Assembly (NCBI GenBank): GCA_002070945.1
Contig: MWEG01000093.1
Span: 4,366 to 68,365, forward strand
Length of the DNA stretch: 64,000 nt
Source of the DNA: Lentisphaerae bacterium ADurb.Bin082
Lineage (GTDB): Bacteria; Verrucomicrobiota; Lentisphaeria; Oligosphaerales; Oligosphaeraceae
Reading direction: 5' to 3'
Shown: positions 22,530-32,046 of the stretch, one piece after another
Position numbering within the stretch: position 1 is the first letter of the stretch
How the letters are laid out: every line of letters starts with the position of its first letter
Notes under the pieces: generated by a model
The model's database searches: none
What the model was told of the DNA's origin: nothing
The model's input: only the letters and a program-made list of their open reading frames with translations
Program-made: the position numbers and the translations under genes

Positions 22530-23375
22530 ATGGAACGGTATGGAATAGTCGGGTGGCCGGTCGCGCATTCGGTGTCGCCGGCCATGCAGGAAGCCGGTTT
22601 CCGCGCCTTGGGCAGGGAAGCTGTCTACGAACTCTATGAAACAGCGCCAGAAGCCTTGGCGGACAGGTTTCAGCAGCTGCGGGCGGCTGGCTTGCGCGGC
22701 TGGAATGTGACCGTGCCGCATAAGGAGGCGGCGGTGAATCTGGTCGATGACATCGACCTTGCCGCTGCCAAGGCCGGCAGCGTCAATACGGTCGTCGTGC
22801 GGCACGGGCGTCTGGCCGGCTATTCGACGGATGGCTATGGCCTGGCCACGGCGATGACCGAGGCCTTTGCGCTGCCGCTCGCCGGTTCGCGCCAGCTGTA
22901 CTTGGGTACGGGCGGCGCAGCCAGGGCAGCGGCAGTCTATGCTGCCCTGAACGGCGCTGCTGCTATCGTCTTAGTCAATCGGACGCTCGCCCGGGCAGAA
23001 GCCCTGGCAGCGACTATCCTGGCGGCAGCGCCGGGACTCCCGGTGCGCTGCATCCCCCTGGCCGATACTGACGATGTGGCTGCGGCTCTGCGCCAGTGCG
23101 ATGTGTTGATTCAATGCACGTCGCTGGGGCTGCGGCCGGACGATGAGCTGCCGCTGGCACCGTCCCTATTGCCGCAGGAGCTGGCCGTGTACGATATGAT
23201 TTACGGGCGGACTCCATTTCAGCAGGCAGCGTCTGAACACGGCTGCCGCATTGCTGACGGCCGTGGAATGCTTCTGCACCAGGGCTGCCGCAGCCTCGAA
23301 TTGTGGACTGGACAGACAGCGCCAATAGCCGCCATGCGGGAAGCACTCAATAAGGCACTGCGACAGAGGAATTGA
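22530..23375 (+). CDS. aroE: Shikimate 5-dehydrogenase
   Basis: MERYGIVGWPVAHSVSPAMQ, WNVTVPHKE, GSVNTV and GTGGAARAA match AroE blocks. ATG 22530 is preferred over TTG 22524. Confidence 0.9.
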   Translation: MERYGIVGWPVAHSVSPAMQEAGFRALGREAVYELYETAPEALADRFQQLRAAGLRGWNVTVPHKEAAVNLVDDIDLAAAKAGSVNTVVVRHGRLAGYSTDGYGLATAMTEAFALPLAGSRQLYLGTGGAARAAAVYAALNGAAAIVLVNRTLARAEALAATILAAAPGLPVRCIPLADTDDVAAALRQCDVLIQCTSLGLRPDDELPLAPSLLPQELAVYDMIYGRTPFQQAASEHGCRIADGRGMLLHQGCRSLELWTGQTAPIAAMREALNKALRQRN

Positions 23376-23393
23376 TTTTGGGGCGTAGTCGGT

Positions 23394-23589
23394 CGACCGT
23401 TGATAACGGTCATCCCCGCAGCATTTGTTTTCAGCGCTAACTGCGGTGCCTTGCTAAGCAACTGCGGCGCAAAAAGATGTGGACGCTGTGGACATGGTGG
23501 ACATGGTGGACGATGTGGACGACGGCTGCGGCATCGCATGTAGTCCAAGCTCACTCTCGCCCCTCGCCCCTCGCCCCTCGCCCCTCGCC
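23394..23589. repeat. A-type repeat, short copy (inverted orientation): terminal palindrome, hairpin region, (GTGGACNNN)x5 and (CTCGCCC)x4.7
   Basis: GACCGTT-gat-AACGGTC at 23394-23410. GTGGAC at 23479, 23488, 23497, 23506 and 23515, an exact 9-bp period. CTCGCCC heptamers at 23556-23589. The module order matches 58031-58232 and the reverse of 25768-26090. Confidence 0.85.
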
Positions 23590-23610
23590 TCCATAGCTCT
23601 GCTGGCTGCC

Positions 23611-24774
23611 TTACTTCTCCGCTGCTGCTTCGGCTTTGGGCTGGAGCTTCCAGACCATCACTTCCCAGGGTTCCATGCCTGTTTCGACGCTGACTTTGCT
23701 TTTGACCAGGGCGGCTGGGGCAGGGCGGGTGGCGCCCCATGGAATCAGGTCGAAGTCGCGTTCAAAATAGCCGTCTAAATATGCTTGTGCGCTAGTTCTG
23801 GCCGTGGGCCAGGAGTTGACCAGGAGCAGGTAGCCGTCGCCTTCCTTGGCTTTCCAGAATGCTGCCAGGTAGTTGTCGTCGTCCGGACGTTGGAAGGTGA
23901 CTGGTTCGGACGGCTTTCCGACTAATTCCGTGAAGGCTCTGATTTCCCGGAATATCGGTGCGGCTACTTCGCCGAACCATTTTGGATCGCCGCCGGTTCG
24001 GATGGCATGGTAGTAGGAGTAGGCGAACAGACCGCACAGGCCATAACTCATGGGGCCGTAGGTCATATAGCGCATTTCCGCCGAGTTCGGGAAGCGCAGG
24101 GCTTGCAGGTTGTACTTCTTCGGGTCCAGTGTGTTGGCAAAGCTTTTGTAGCAGCACAGCTGCGGCACGAACATGACTGGCTTGCCCAGCTTTTTGGCTG
24201 ACGCCGTGAACTTGGACACGACTTGAATCTGGGCCTCGGGAAAGACCGCGTCGCGGACTGGATAGATGTCAATCATCTGGATATCGAGGACATTGCTGTA
24301 TTTGTACCAGGTCTCGTCCCAGCAGTTGACGATGGCGACCTTGATGTCGGGAGCTTCCTCGTGCAGCATGTCATAGAACGGCTTCAGCACCTCTGGCGTG
24401 ATTTTCTTGGCCGGCTCGTCGTACAAATACCAGAAGCCCAGGGCGGGATGGTTCTTATAGCGCCGAACGACTTCGCGCATCTTTCCGAGGCCGCCTTCTT
24501 CGGTCACCAGCTTGCGGTCCAAGTTGAACATTACCTTCATGCCGTGCTTCTCAGCCTGGCTCAGAATCCTGTCGTATCTTTCTTCGGACGTGCCATACGA
24601 TTGAATCATGTCAAAGCCGGCAGCCTTCAGGGTTTCCAGCTGCTCGTCGTCGTGCGGGTCAGAGGAATAGACCCCCATCGGGAAACGGCTGAAGGAAAAA
24701 AAGTCGTCGCCAGTCAGAGCAGGGGCGAGAACACAGAAAATGGCGAGGAGAAGACCGGTGGTTTGTGATTTCAT
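23611..24774 (-). CDS. Secreted TIM-barrel glycoside-hydrolase-like protein (clan GH-A-like; family unassigned)
   Basis: ORF 23611..24891 trimmed to ATG 24774 (MKSQTTGLLLAIFCVLAPALTG signal peptide; AGGAG upstream), which removes the overlap with mreC. HPALGFWYLYDEP resembles the NEP acid/base strand of clan GH-A. The nucleophile was not identified by eye. Confidence 0.5.
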   Translation of the reverse strand: MKSQTTGLLLAIFCVLAPALTGDDFFSFSRFPMGVYSSDPHDDEQLETLKAAGFDMIQSYGTSEERYDRILSQAEKHGMKVMFNLDRKLVTEEGGLGKMREVVRRYKNHPALGFWYLYDEPAKKITPEVLKPFYDMLHEEAPDIKVAIVNCWDETWYKYSNVLDIQMIDIYPVRDAVFPEAQIQVVSKFTASAKKLGKPVMFVPQLCCYKSFANTLDPKKYNLQALRFPNSAEMRYMTYGPMSYGLCGLFAYSYYHAIRTGGDPKWFGEVAAPIFREIRAFTELVGKPSEPVTFQRPDDDNYLAAFWKAKEGDGYLLLVNSWPTARTSAQAYLDGYFERDFDLIPWGATRPAPAALVKSKVSVETGMEPWEVMVWKLQPKAEAAAEK

Positions 24775-24805
24775 GGTGCTCCTGGTGGCTTGCGAGTGAT
24801 TGGGG

Positions 24806-25666
24806 CTATTTGAGGATGACATGGACAAACGGCAGCTGGGCGAGTGACTCGGCAGGTTGCAGGCGCAGAATCGGGGCGCCAGCCTGGTCATGCTCGACTC
24901 GGACGACGGCGCCGACTAAGATGTCGTTGACCACTTCCGCCCGGCCATCCATCTTGCTGGTATAGACTAAGTCGCCGGGCATGACAGCGTCAAACATAAC
25001 TCCATCAAGCGCATCGACAACTAAATCAGGCGGCGGCAACAGGAGTTGCGGCCCCGCCGGGTCTGTTGCGGAGGTGGGCGCCAAGCCGCGCAGAAGGCCG
25101 GTCAAGTTGCGCTTGGGTATCTGGCAGGCAAGGGCGAATTTCGGGCTGGTGACCAGGGTGACGGACGCAGACGACGGCGCAGTGTCAGCAATCAGCCCGA
25201 CCAGGCCGCGGTGGGTGGCGACGAGCTGCCCAGGCCGGATGCCGTCATTGTGGCCGCGGTTGATGACGATGTTGTCATAGAACTCTGCAAACGGATCGCG
25301 TTGGACCACTTCTGCGACGACGATGGTCAGGCTTTCGTTTTTATAGGTCAGGCGCAGGCGATTGCGCAGGAGGTTGTTTTCGAGTGCAATGCCGTCGTAT
25401 TTGTCATCGATGGCGGCCAGTTGCAGTTTAGCTGCGGCAAGTTCCGCTCGGACGGCGTCAATGTCGTCGTTTTCCTGGTTGTGGCGCAGACCTCCCCAGG
25501 CGGCTCGGGAGACGCGCAGGCTCAGCGCTGCCAGGCCGCTGGCTGGCGCCATGACCAGCTGGGTGATGCCGGCCAGGCGGCGAGCTGGCCCGGGCGGCAG
25601 GCAGAACAGCACCGCCAGCAAAATGCCGCTGGCAGTCAGTACGGTGAAATGAGACGATAAGCGCAT
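24806..25666 (-). CDS. mreC: Rod-shape-determining protein MreC
   Basis: N-terminal TM segment, coiled coil (AVRAELAAAKLQLAAIDDKYDGIALENNLLRNRL), then MreC beta-barrel blocks (VVAEVVQRDPFAEFYDNIVINRGHNDGIRPGQLVATHRGLVGLIADT...SVTLVTS; GDLVYTS). Confidence 0.85.
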   Translation of the reverse strand: MRLSSHFTVLTASGILLAVLFCLPPGPARRLAGITQLVMAPASGLAALSLRVSRAAWGGLRHNQENDDIDAVRAELAAAKLQLAAIDDKYDGIALENNLLRNRLRLTYKNESLTIVVAEVVQRDPFAEFYDNIVINRGHNDGIRPGQLVATHRGLVGLIADTAPSSASVTLVTSPKFALACQIPKRNLTGLLRGLAPTSATDPAGPQLLLPPPDLVVDALDGVMFDAVMPGDLVYTSKMDGRAEVVNDILVGAVVRVEHDQAGAPILRLQPAESLAQLPFVHVILK

Positions 25667-25767
25667 GGTGCGAAGCTATGGGGCAGGTGAAGTGTAGGCG
25701 TCAACGACAACACGGTTAATACCATAATGCCAAATCAACGAACGTCCACTGTCCAGCGGCTGTGAAC

Positions 25768-26090
25768 GGTCACCGATTGATACAAGGGGCGAGTTGTTTT
25801 ATCCGCAGATGACGCTGATGACGCAGATTTTTTTAGGGTGGGGCGAGGGGCTTTGTTTAGGGGCGAGGGGCGATGTGGTCGGCTTAACTGTATGCCGCAG
25901 CAACCGTCCATTAACGTCCACTTCAGTCCACGTCCACTTACCGCTAATGTCCACTTCAGTCCACAGTCCATCGTCTACTAATGTCCATTAAAGTCCACTA
26001 TAGTCCATTGTCCACTGTCCACTAAAGCGCTTTATCCGGGGTGCCTGGCACCGCAGCTTGCCGGAATTCCAAGTATCAATCGATCATCGA
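25768..26090. repeat. A-type repeat, full copy: 13 GTCCAY units plus a conserved tail, bounded by the inverted motif GGTCACCGATTGATAC / GTATCAATCGATC
   Basis: GTCCA starts at 25906, 916, 926, 932, 949, 959, 966, (GTCTA 973), 983, 993, 26003, 26010 and 26017, giving spacings of 10,10,6,17,10,7,7,10,10,10,7,7. The tail GTCCACTAAAGCGCTTTATCCGGGGTGCCTGGCACCGCAGCTTGCCGGAATTCCAAGTATCAATCG aligns at roughly 85% by eye with 33270-33460. GGGGCGAGGGG motifs lie at 25838-25870. Confidence 0.9.
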
Positions 26091-26213
26091 TTACAAGTCC
26101 ACTGACCTACTCCCCGCGTTTATTTTTCGGATAGTTGGGTTATATTATTTTTCCATCGTTATTTAAGTTTGACTGTCTCATTTATTTCCATGGTATTGCA
26201 AGGAGTGTTTTTG

Positions 26214-27311
26214 ATGTCGAATCAGGTTGTGTACAATTTCAATGCTGGTCCTGCCGTTCTTCCTAAGCCTGTGATGCTGAAGGCCCAGGAGGAGTTTGTC
26301 AACTATCGCGGCTGCGGTTATGGCCTTGTCGAGGAAAGTCATCGGTCGCCATTGTTCGAGGAGGTCATCCAGGCTGCTGAGGCCAATGTCCGCAAGCTGA
26401 TGGGGATCAGTGACGACTACGAAGTGCTCTTTCTGCAGGGCGGCGCCAGCTTGCAATTCGCTATGGTTCCCATGAATCTGATGGTGCCGGGCCGTAAGAT
26501 CGCATTTTGCGACACTGGCGAATGGTCGCACAAGGCCATGAAGGAAGCGAAAATCCTTGGGGCGGGCATTGATTTGGTCTATGACGGCTCAACCAGCAAT
26601 TTTTCCACGATCGGCGATCCAACGTCCTGGACCTTCCAGCAAGATGCGGCCTACGCCCATATCTGCAGCAACAATACGATTTACGGCACGGAATACCAGA
26701 CCTATCCCGATACCGGCGCGGTGCCGCTGGTGGCCGACATGTCGAGCGACATCATGTCTCGCGTTGTGGACGTCAGCCGCTTCGGGCTGATTTTCGCTGG
26801 TGCCCAGAAGAACATCGGCCCGGCTGGCGTGACCCTGGTCATCATCCGTCGCGACTTGGCCGAGCGCTGCCCGGAGACAGTGCCGACCATGCTCCGTTAC
26901 AGCACGCACATCAAGAGCAAATCCCTGTTCAACACGCCTTCGACGTTCTCGATTTACATGCTCCGGCTGGTGACGGACTGGATGCTTGAGCAGGGCGGCG
27001 TGCCAACCGTCCAGAAGTTGAACGAGATCAAGGCCGCCCGCCTCTACGCCGCCATGGACCGTTCCGGATTCTACCGGGGCACCTGCGATGTCGCCTGCCG
27101 TTCCAAGATGAACGTCTGTTTCCGCATCGGCGCTGGCGATGAGGACCTCGAAAAGAAGTTCGTGTCCGAAGCCAAGGCTGCTGGCCTGATCGGCTTGAAA
27201 GGCCACCGCGCAGTCGGCGGTCTGCGGGCAAGCATCTACAATGCCATGCCCTTGGCTGGCATCGAAGCGTTGACGACGTTTATGGCGGAGTTCGCCCGCC
27301 GTAACGGCTGA
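26214..27311 (+). CDS. serC: Phosphoserine aminotransferase
   Basis: ORF 26169..27311 trimmed to ATG 26214 (AAGGAG 8 nt upstream). YNFNAGPAVLP and GAQKNIGPAGVTLVIIR (PLP lysine) are typical of SerC. Confidence 0.92.
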   Translation: MSNQVVYNFNAGPAVLPKPVMLKAQEEFVNYRGCGYGLVEESHRSPLFEEVIQAAEANVRKLMGISDDYEVLFLQGGASLQFAMVPMNLMVPGRKIAFCDTGEWSHKAMKEAKILGAGIDLVYDGSTSNFSTIGDPTSWTFQQDAAYAHICSNNTIYGTEYQTYPDTGAVPLVADMSSDIMSRVVDVSRFGLIFAGAQKNIGPAGVTLVIIRRDLAERCPETVPTMLRYSTHIKSKSLFNTPSTFSIYMLRLVTDWMLEQGGVPTVQKLNEIKAARLYAAMDRSGFYRGTCDVACRSKMNVCFRIGAGDEDLEKKFVSEAKAAGLIGLKGHRAVGGLRASIYNAMPLAGIEALTTFMAEFARRNG

Positions 27312-27426
27312 GACGCCGCACCCCAAAAACTTTAACCCCTAAGGAGGGCGCCGCTAGGCATTCAAAATCACGGTGACGGGATTTTGGGATGCTGCGGTGC
27401 CTTCGTCGTTTGAGGAGAAAGCGATC

Positions 27427-30400
27427 ATGACGATGTCTCGCAGCGTGGTTTTGTCGATGCTTTTGGCTGGCGGCCTGGCCTTGTCTGCCGCCAATCCGAC
27501 CTTGGAGGCTGTGCCTCGGACTGATTGGGCCAAGGACTTGTCGGCCTCTTTGACCGCTCGGGCGGCACAGCAGCAGGACATTCCGCTGATGTTTCTGGGC
27601 GATTCGATTACTATGTGCTGGGAGTACGCCTCTGACCATCAGTATCCCGGCGGCAAGAATGCCTGGGAGCGCTATTTCAAGCCTCTCGGCGCTGTCAACT
27701 ACGGCGTCTCTGGCGACCGCGTTGAGCATGTACTGTGGCGAATCACGACTGGCCGCCAGCTGGAGTGCCGTCCAAAGGTGATTGTGCTGCTGATCGGCAC
27801 CAACAACTTCGCGACCAAGACGTCGGCAACCGACCTTGCTGCTGGCATTGAGAATTTGCTGGCCGTCATCCGCGCCGCCCTACCGGAAACTAAAATTCTT
27901 GCTTTGGGAATCCTGCCGCGCCAGGGCAACTACCCCATTGCCGAAGTCAACCGCCTTCTGGCCGAGGCCGCCCCACGTCATGGCGCGGACTTCCTCGATG
28001 TCGGTCAGACTCTTTTGCTGGGACGGGCGACCGTCAGCCGGGCAGTGTTCCGGGACGGCCTGCATTTGTCGCCGGCCGGCTATGAACTGTTTGCCCAGAC
28101 TCTCCTGTTGCCGGTCAAGAGACTCATGGGATTGGCGCCAGCGGAACGCGGCCGTCGCGATGACATAGTCGGGCTGGTCTATGAAACGGAAGAATGGAGC
28201 GAGCCGAAAGACGCCTGGCGCGTTGACCAGGGCGGTGACAACATCTGGACGCTGTGGACTACTGAGCCGGACAGCTGGATAAAGCGCTCCTGGGGCCAGA
28301 CCCTGCGCACCCCGGCCAGCATCAAGGCTGATCGCGCTACGCCGGAAGAGGGCGCACCGCCCCTGCATACGCGTCTGACCGACATCCCGGTCGGCGGCTA
28401 CCAAATCTTTGTCAGCGGACCAAATCGCAATATCGCCTTGTCTTTGGACGGCAAGAATTGGACTAAGCACTCTGGCGGTGAAATCAGCCTGGGATTCTGG
28501 AATATCACTGACGGCGTGTTTGAAGTGTGGGCAGACGACCGCTACGCCACTCCCGGCAACACCGGGCCATCCTATTATGACTATATCCGCCTGGCGCCAG
28601 CCGAAGCGCCTGAAATGCAGCACGTGGCCGTGTTTACACGTCCAGACGGCACGACCCAGATTTCCTGGCTGACAACGGCGACAACACCGTCGGCCGAGTT
28701 CCGCTTTGGACGCCAAGGCGCGGCCATGGACAACGTCGTCAAAGAGGACGAAGCCAACCTGCGCAACCACGCCATTATCCTTGAGGGGCTGACGCCCGGG
28801 GTGACCTACGAAGGAAAAATCGTTTGCCAGCTGAATCAGCAGACGGCTATGGCGTCAGCGCCAATAGTCTTTGTGGCTGGCCAGCGCCCGCAGCCGCCAG
28901 CGACAACGCCGCAGCGGATTGAGCTGCGCGTGCATGAGCCGGTCAAGCCGCGGCAGGCCTGGCCAGTAACCTCCGGCGTTCCCTTTGCGAAAGGCATGCT
29001 GGCCAGCGCTGATGACGCTCGGCTCGTCGATGCCGACGGCCAGACGGTCGTGTCCCAGCGCACGGTCACTGCGACCTGGCCAGACGGCAGCGTCAAGTGG
29101 CTGACTGTTGACTTTCTGGCGACTACAGCCGCTGATCGCGATGTGGTCTATGTCTTGGAAACCGGCCGCGGCCTGGGGCTTCAAATCCTGATGGAGAAGC
29201 CATGGGATGCAGTTGTGTCAGCGCCAATCGCGACTGCGTCGCAGCTGCGGCTGGTTGACGGCCGCGTTTTGAACGCCGCCACGCCAGCTGATGCGTATGC
29301 CTTGATTGAGCGGGGACCTAACAAGCTGACGTATCAGGCCAGCGGCGTGTACGCTGGCGAGGGCGAGGCCATGTTTGGCTGGCGCGGCGAGCAGACTGTG
29401 TATGCTGGCCAGCATCGCCTGCGCCGACACCGTTGGTACGTCGTCAATACGCATAAGGCAGAAGGTCACTTGCTGGTGAAAAGTCTGTCCTGGCAGCCAG
29501 CGGGCTGGACTGCGTCGGCGCCCTCTCTCAGCAACGGCGTTGCCGGCAGTCGACTGGACCTGAGGCAGGACTGGTCGCAGCGGGCAGCCCTGACTGTTGA
29601 CGGCAAAGCCTCTAACCTGGAGCGCGGAGACGGCTTTTTGCGGCTGGGCACAGCACGCGCACTGTGGGTGCGAGATTTCTGGCAGACCTGGCCTAAGGGC
29701 TTGAGCGCGTCAGCCGAAGGCACCGCTGTTATGATCCTGCCAGAGTTGCCCGAAGGCTACCCGGGCAAGGACTTTGAAACCGTCAACCACTTGTTTGAAC
29801 ACTTCTATTGGTATCGCGATGGCGGTTATATGTTCCGGCGCGGCATGGAGAACATGACCGAGGTGTGGACATGCGAAGCGCCGGCTGATGGCCGCGCTGT
29901 TGACGCTGACCTGGCTCAATGGCTGGCGCATCCGTTGTTCGCCGCTGCCTCGCCCGAATACTACTGCGCCACCGGCGCTTTCGGCGCCATTACTCCCAGC
30001 CGTCCCGGGCAATTCATTGCCTACGAAAAGGCTCTGGACCAGTCGTTCGCCAATTTGGAAAAAGGCCGCCAGCAACGTCAGGAATACGGCTGGATGAACT
30101 TCGGCGACTGGTACGGCGAGCGCCGCTGGAATTGGGGCAATAACGAATACGATATGAGCTATGTCTGCGCTGTCAATTTCGCTCGGCTCGGACGCCTGGA
30201 CTTCCTGCGACGTGGCGAGGAGATGGCTCGGCACTACACAACCACGGATTTTATCGCCTGGCCCTGGGACAGCGGTCTCCGCGAACGGATGTACGAGCAT
30301 TGCGTCGGACACATCGGCGGCTTTCTCGCTAAGAACGATCCGCGCTTCGCAGATGTCAACATGACCGGCTTTGTGCAGCCTTTGATTGACAATTCTGGCG

Positions 30401-32046
30401 GCCACTCTTTCCAGCCAGGCAATTTCTATTACGGCTGCCTGCTGGGCGAACCGCGCTTTTTCGAGGTCGGGGAAATCGCCTGCCGCGCCCAGGCACGCAC
30501 CTTTACGCGGAATTTCCGGATTACGATTGAACGCGCCCCTGGCTGGGCTCTGACCAATGCGATGAACGCATATATCTTCACCCACGATCCATATTATCTT
30601 AACGCTGCCCGCGTCTATGTCGCCAAAATCCGTGAGATGCAGAATCCGGTGACAGGCTGCCTTGACTTGCCGCAGGATCAGTCGGAATGCGATTGTCCAG
30701 ACAAGCGCGCCCATCGCGGCGGCAAGGCTTTCGCCACTGGCGTGATGCTGCATGGGCTGTCCCTGTACCACCAGTTCGGCGACCCGGCCGATGCTGAAAT
30801 GACCCGGGAGGTGATTGTCCGTTGCGCTGATTGGCTGCTCGACCACGCCTGGGATCGTGACAATTACGGCTTCCGCTACAAGACTGGCTGCCCGAAATAT
30901 GCTGTTGGCCGCGGCTTCACTCTGATTGTGACTGAAGGCATCGCGTACGCTGGCGTCATCTCCGGCAATCCGCGCTACTTGGAGTTTTTGAAGACGTACG
31001 CTGGTCGGCCATTGGCGCGCGCTGTCTCTGGCAGTGGCTACAGCTCTGGCAAGGGCTTCTCCTCGCCGCATCGCCAAGTGCCGCATCTTTTGAAACTGCT
31101 CCTGGACCAAGGCGTAACCGACTTGGAAGACCTTGTGCACCAGGCCGCTGTCTCCAAGCCCTGGGTGTTTCTGGACCGTTCTGGTCAGGGTGTCCTGCGC
31201 TATGAAGTGTGGAATCCGCGTGCAGCGGAACAAGACTGCACCCTGACCGTAACCGGCACGCCAGGCTTGAACGCGACGCCAGCGCAAGTCAGCTGGAAAG
31301 CGTCGGCCGGCCGCAGTCAAGCGCCGATAATCAACGTGCAATGGACTGGCGCCGCTGATGCCGCCAACCTGGAACTGACCCTGAAACTGAAGCTCGGCGG
31401 CTATGATAGCGAAGCCAAGGTCGCGGCGCTGCCAGCCGCGCCATTGCCGACAATCGGCAAACGCCTGGGCTTTGTCGGCGGCGACAATCATTTCACCTTG
31501 GCCGCATTGCGCCAGGCCGGTGGACAGCCGGAATTGATCGCTGATATCAATAAGGCGGACTGGAGCGGCTTCGGTTGCGTGATGATTGGCGGCGACAGCC
31601 TCAGAGTCACGACGCCAATGCTGACCCCAGCCGGCGCCGTGCGTTTGCGCGCCTTTGCCGAGGCTGGGGGTAAAGTCCTGTTCTGGCAGCTGAATGACAC
31701 CAATTGGCTGCCCGATGCGTTTGGGCCGCGTCTGGTCATGGAGGAACCTTCCGGAACTGCGGCCGCCATTTTAATGTCTAATCATCCGTTGCTGGCTGGT
31801 GTGCAATCCCTGGCTGGTGCGATTTGCTATGACACCATCACCTTGGTCGAACCGCCGTGGCAGGTGCTGGCAGAGGATAATTCAAAAGGCCCGAGCGTGG
31901 CAGCGTTGAGGTTAGGCCAAGGCGAGGTCATCGTCTTCAATCCGAGCGTTGACCGTGAATTCCACCCGACGACCAGCAAGGACATCGGCCTGGACCTGGA
32001 GACCTGCCGGAAAATCATCGCCAATGCCCTGCAATGGGCGAAATAG
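27427..32046 (+). CDS. Large secreted multidomain protein (~1539 aa): SGNH esterase, beta-sandwich/FN3-like modules, lyase-like beta-sandwich + alpha/alpha-toroid region, and a ThuA/class I GATase-like C-terminal domain
   Basis: Start at ATG 27427 (GAGGAG 9 nt upstream; signal peptide MTMSRSVVLSMLLAGGLALSAANP). SGNH blocks MFLGDSIT, YGVSGDR, LLIGTNN and DGLHLS. An FN3-like segment (TQISWLTTATTPSAEFRFG...LTPGVTYEG). WPVTSGVPFAKGML...TWPDGSVKWLTVDF and GWMNFGDWYGERRWNWGNNEYDMSY resemble YetA / exo-rhamnogalacturonan-lyase-like proteins as I recall them; this was not verified. Confidence 0.75.
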   Translation: MTMSRSVVLSMLLAGGLALSAANPTLEAVPRTDWAKDLSASLTARAAQQQDIPLMFLGDSITMCWEYASDHQYPGGKNAWERYFKPLGAVNYGVSGDRVEHVLWRITTGRQLECRPKVIVLLIGTNNFATKTSATDLAAGIENLLAVIRAALPETKILALGILPRQGNYPIAEVNRLLAEAAPRHGADFLDVGQTLLLGRATVSRAVFRDGLHLSPAGYELFAQTLLLPVKRLMGLAPAERGRRDDIVGLVYETEEWSEPKDAWRVDQGGDNIWTLWTTEPDSWIKRSWGQTLRTPASIKADRATPEEGAPPLHTRLTDIPVGGYQIFVSGPNRNIALSLDGKNWTKHSGGEISLGFWNITDGVFEVWADDRYATPGNTGPSYYDYIRLAPAEAPEMQHVAVFTRPDGTTQISWLTTATTPSAEFRFGRQGAAMDNVVKEDEANLRNHAIILEGLTPGVTYEGKIVCQLNQQTAMASAPIVFVAGQRPQPPATTPQRIELRVHEPVKPRQAWPVTSGVPFAKGMLASADDARLVDADGQTVVSQRTVTATWPDGSVKWLTVDFLATTAADRDVVYVLETGRGLGLQILMEKPWDAVVSAPIATASQLRLVDGRVLNAATPADAYALIERGPNKLTYQASGVYAGEGEAMFGWRGEQTVYAGQHRLRRHRWYVVNTHKAEGHLLVKSLSWQPAGWTASAPSLSNGVAGSRLDLRQDWSQRAALTVDGKASNLERGDGFLRLGTARALWVRDFWQTWPKGLSASAEGTAVMILPELPEGYPGKDFETVNHLFEHFYWYRDGGYMFRRGMENMTEVWTCEAPADGRAVDADLAQWLAHPLFAAASPEYYCATGAFGAITPSRPGQFIAYEKALDQSFANLEKGRQQRQEYGWMNFGDWYGERRWNWGNNEYDMSYVCAVNFARLGRLDFLRRGEEMARHYTTTDFIAWPWDSGLRERMYEHCVGHIGGFLAKNDPRFADVNMTGFVQPLIDNSGGHSFQPGNFYYGCLLGEPRFFEVGEIACRAQARTFTRNFRITIERAPGWALTNAMNAYIFTHDPYYLNAARVYVAKIREMQNPVTGCLDLPQDQSECDCPDKRAHRGGKAFATGVMLHGLSLYHQFGDPADAEMTREVIVRCADWLLDHAWDRDNYGFRYKTGCPKYAVGRGFTLIVTEGIAYAGVISGNPRYLEFLKTYAGRPLARAVSGSGYSSGKGFSSPHRQVPHLLKLLLDQGVTDLEDLVHQAAVSKPWVFLDRSGQGVLRYEVWNPRAAEQDCTLTVTGTPGLNATPAQVSWKASAGRSQAPIINVQWTGAADAANLELTLKLKLGGYDSEAKVAALPAAPLPTIGKRLGFVGGDNHFTLAALRQAGGQPELIADINKADWSGFGCVMIGGDSLRVTTPMLTPAGAVRLRAFAEAGGKVLFWQLNDTNWLPDAFGPRLVMEEPSGTAAAILMSNHPLLAGVQSLAGAICYDTITLVEPPWQVLAEDNSKGPSVAALRLGQGEVIVFNPSVDREFHPTTSKDIGLDLETCRKIIANALQWAK

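Noticed and set aside
23479-23778. ORFs lying inside repeat elements (23479..23778 MDAVDMVDMVDD..., 4656..4850, 25735..25971, 42281..42519, 45577..45964) considered as repeat-encoded peptides
   Set aside because: They have no RBS. Frames are not conserved between homologous repeat copies, because indels and 7-nt periods shift the frame. Some overlap real genes on the other strand.
29710-31491. 593-aa minus-strand ORF inside the 1539-aa multidomain gene (also 27880..28770)
   Set aside because: It is antisense to a gene with clear SGNH and other motifs. It has no motifs of its own and is Arg/Ala-rich.
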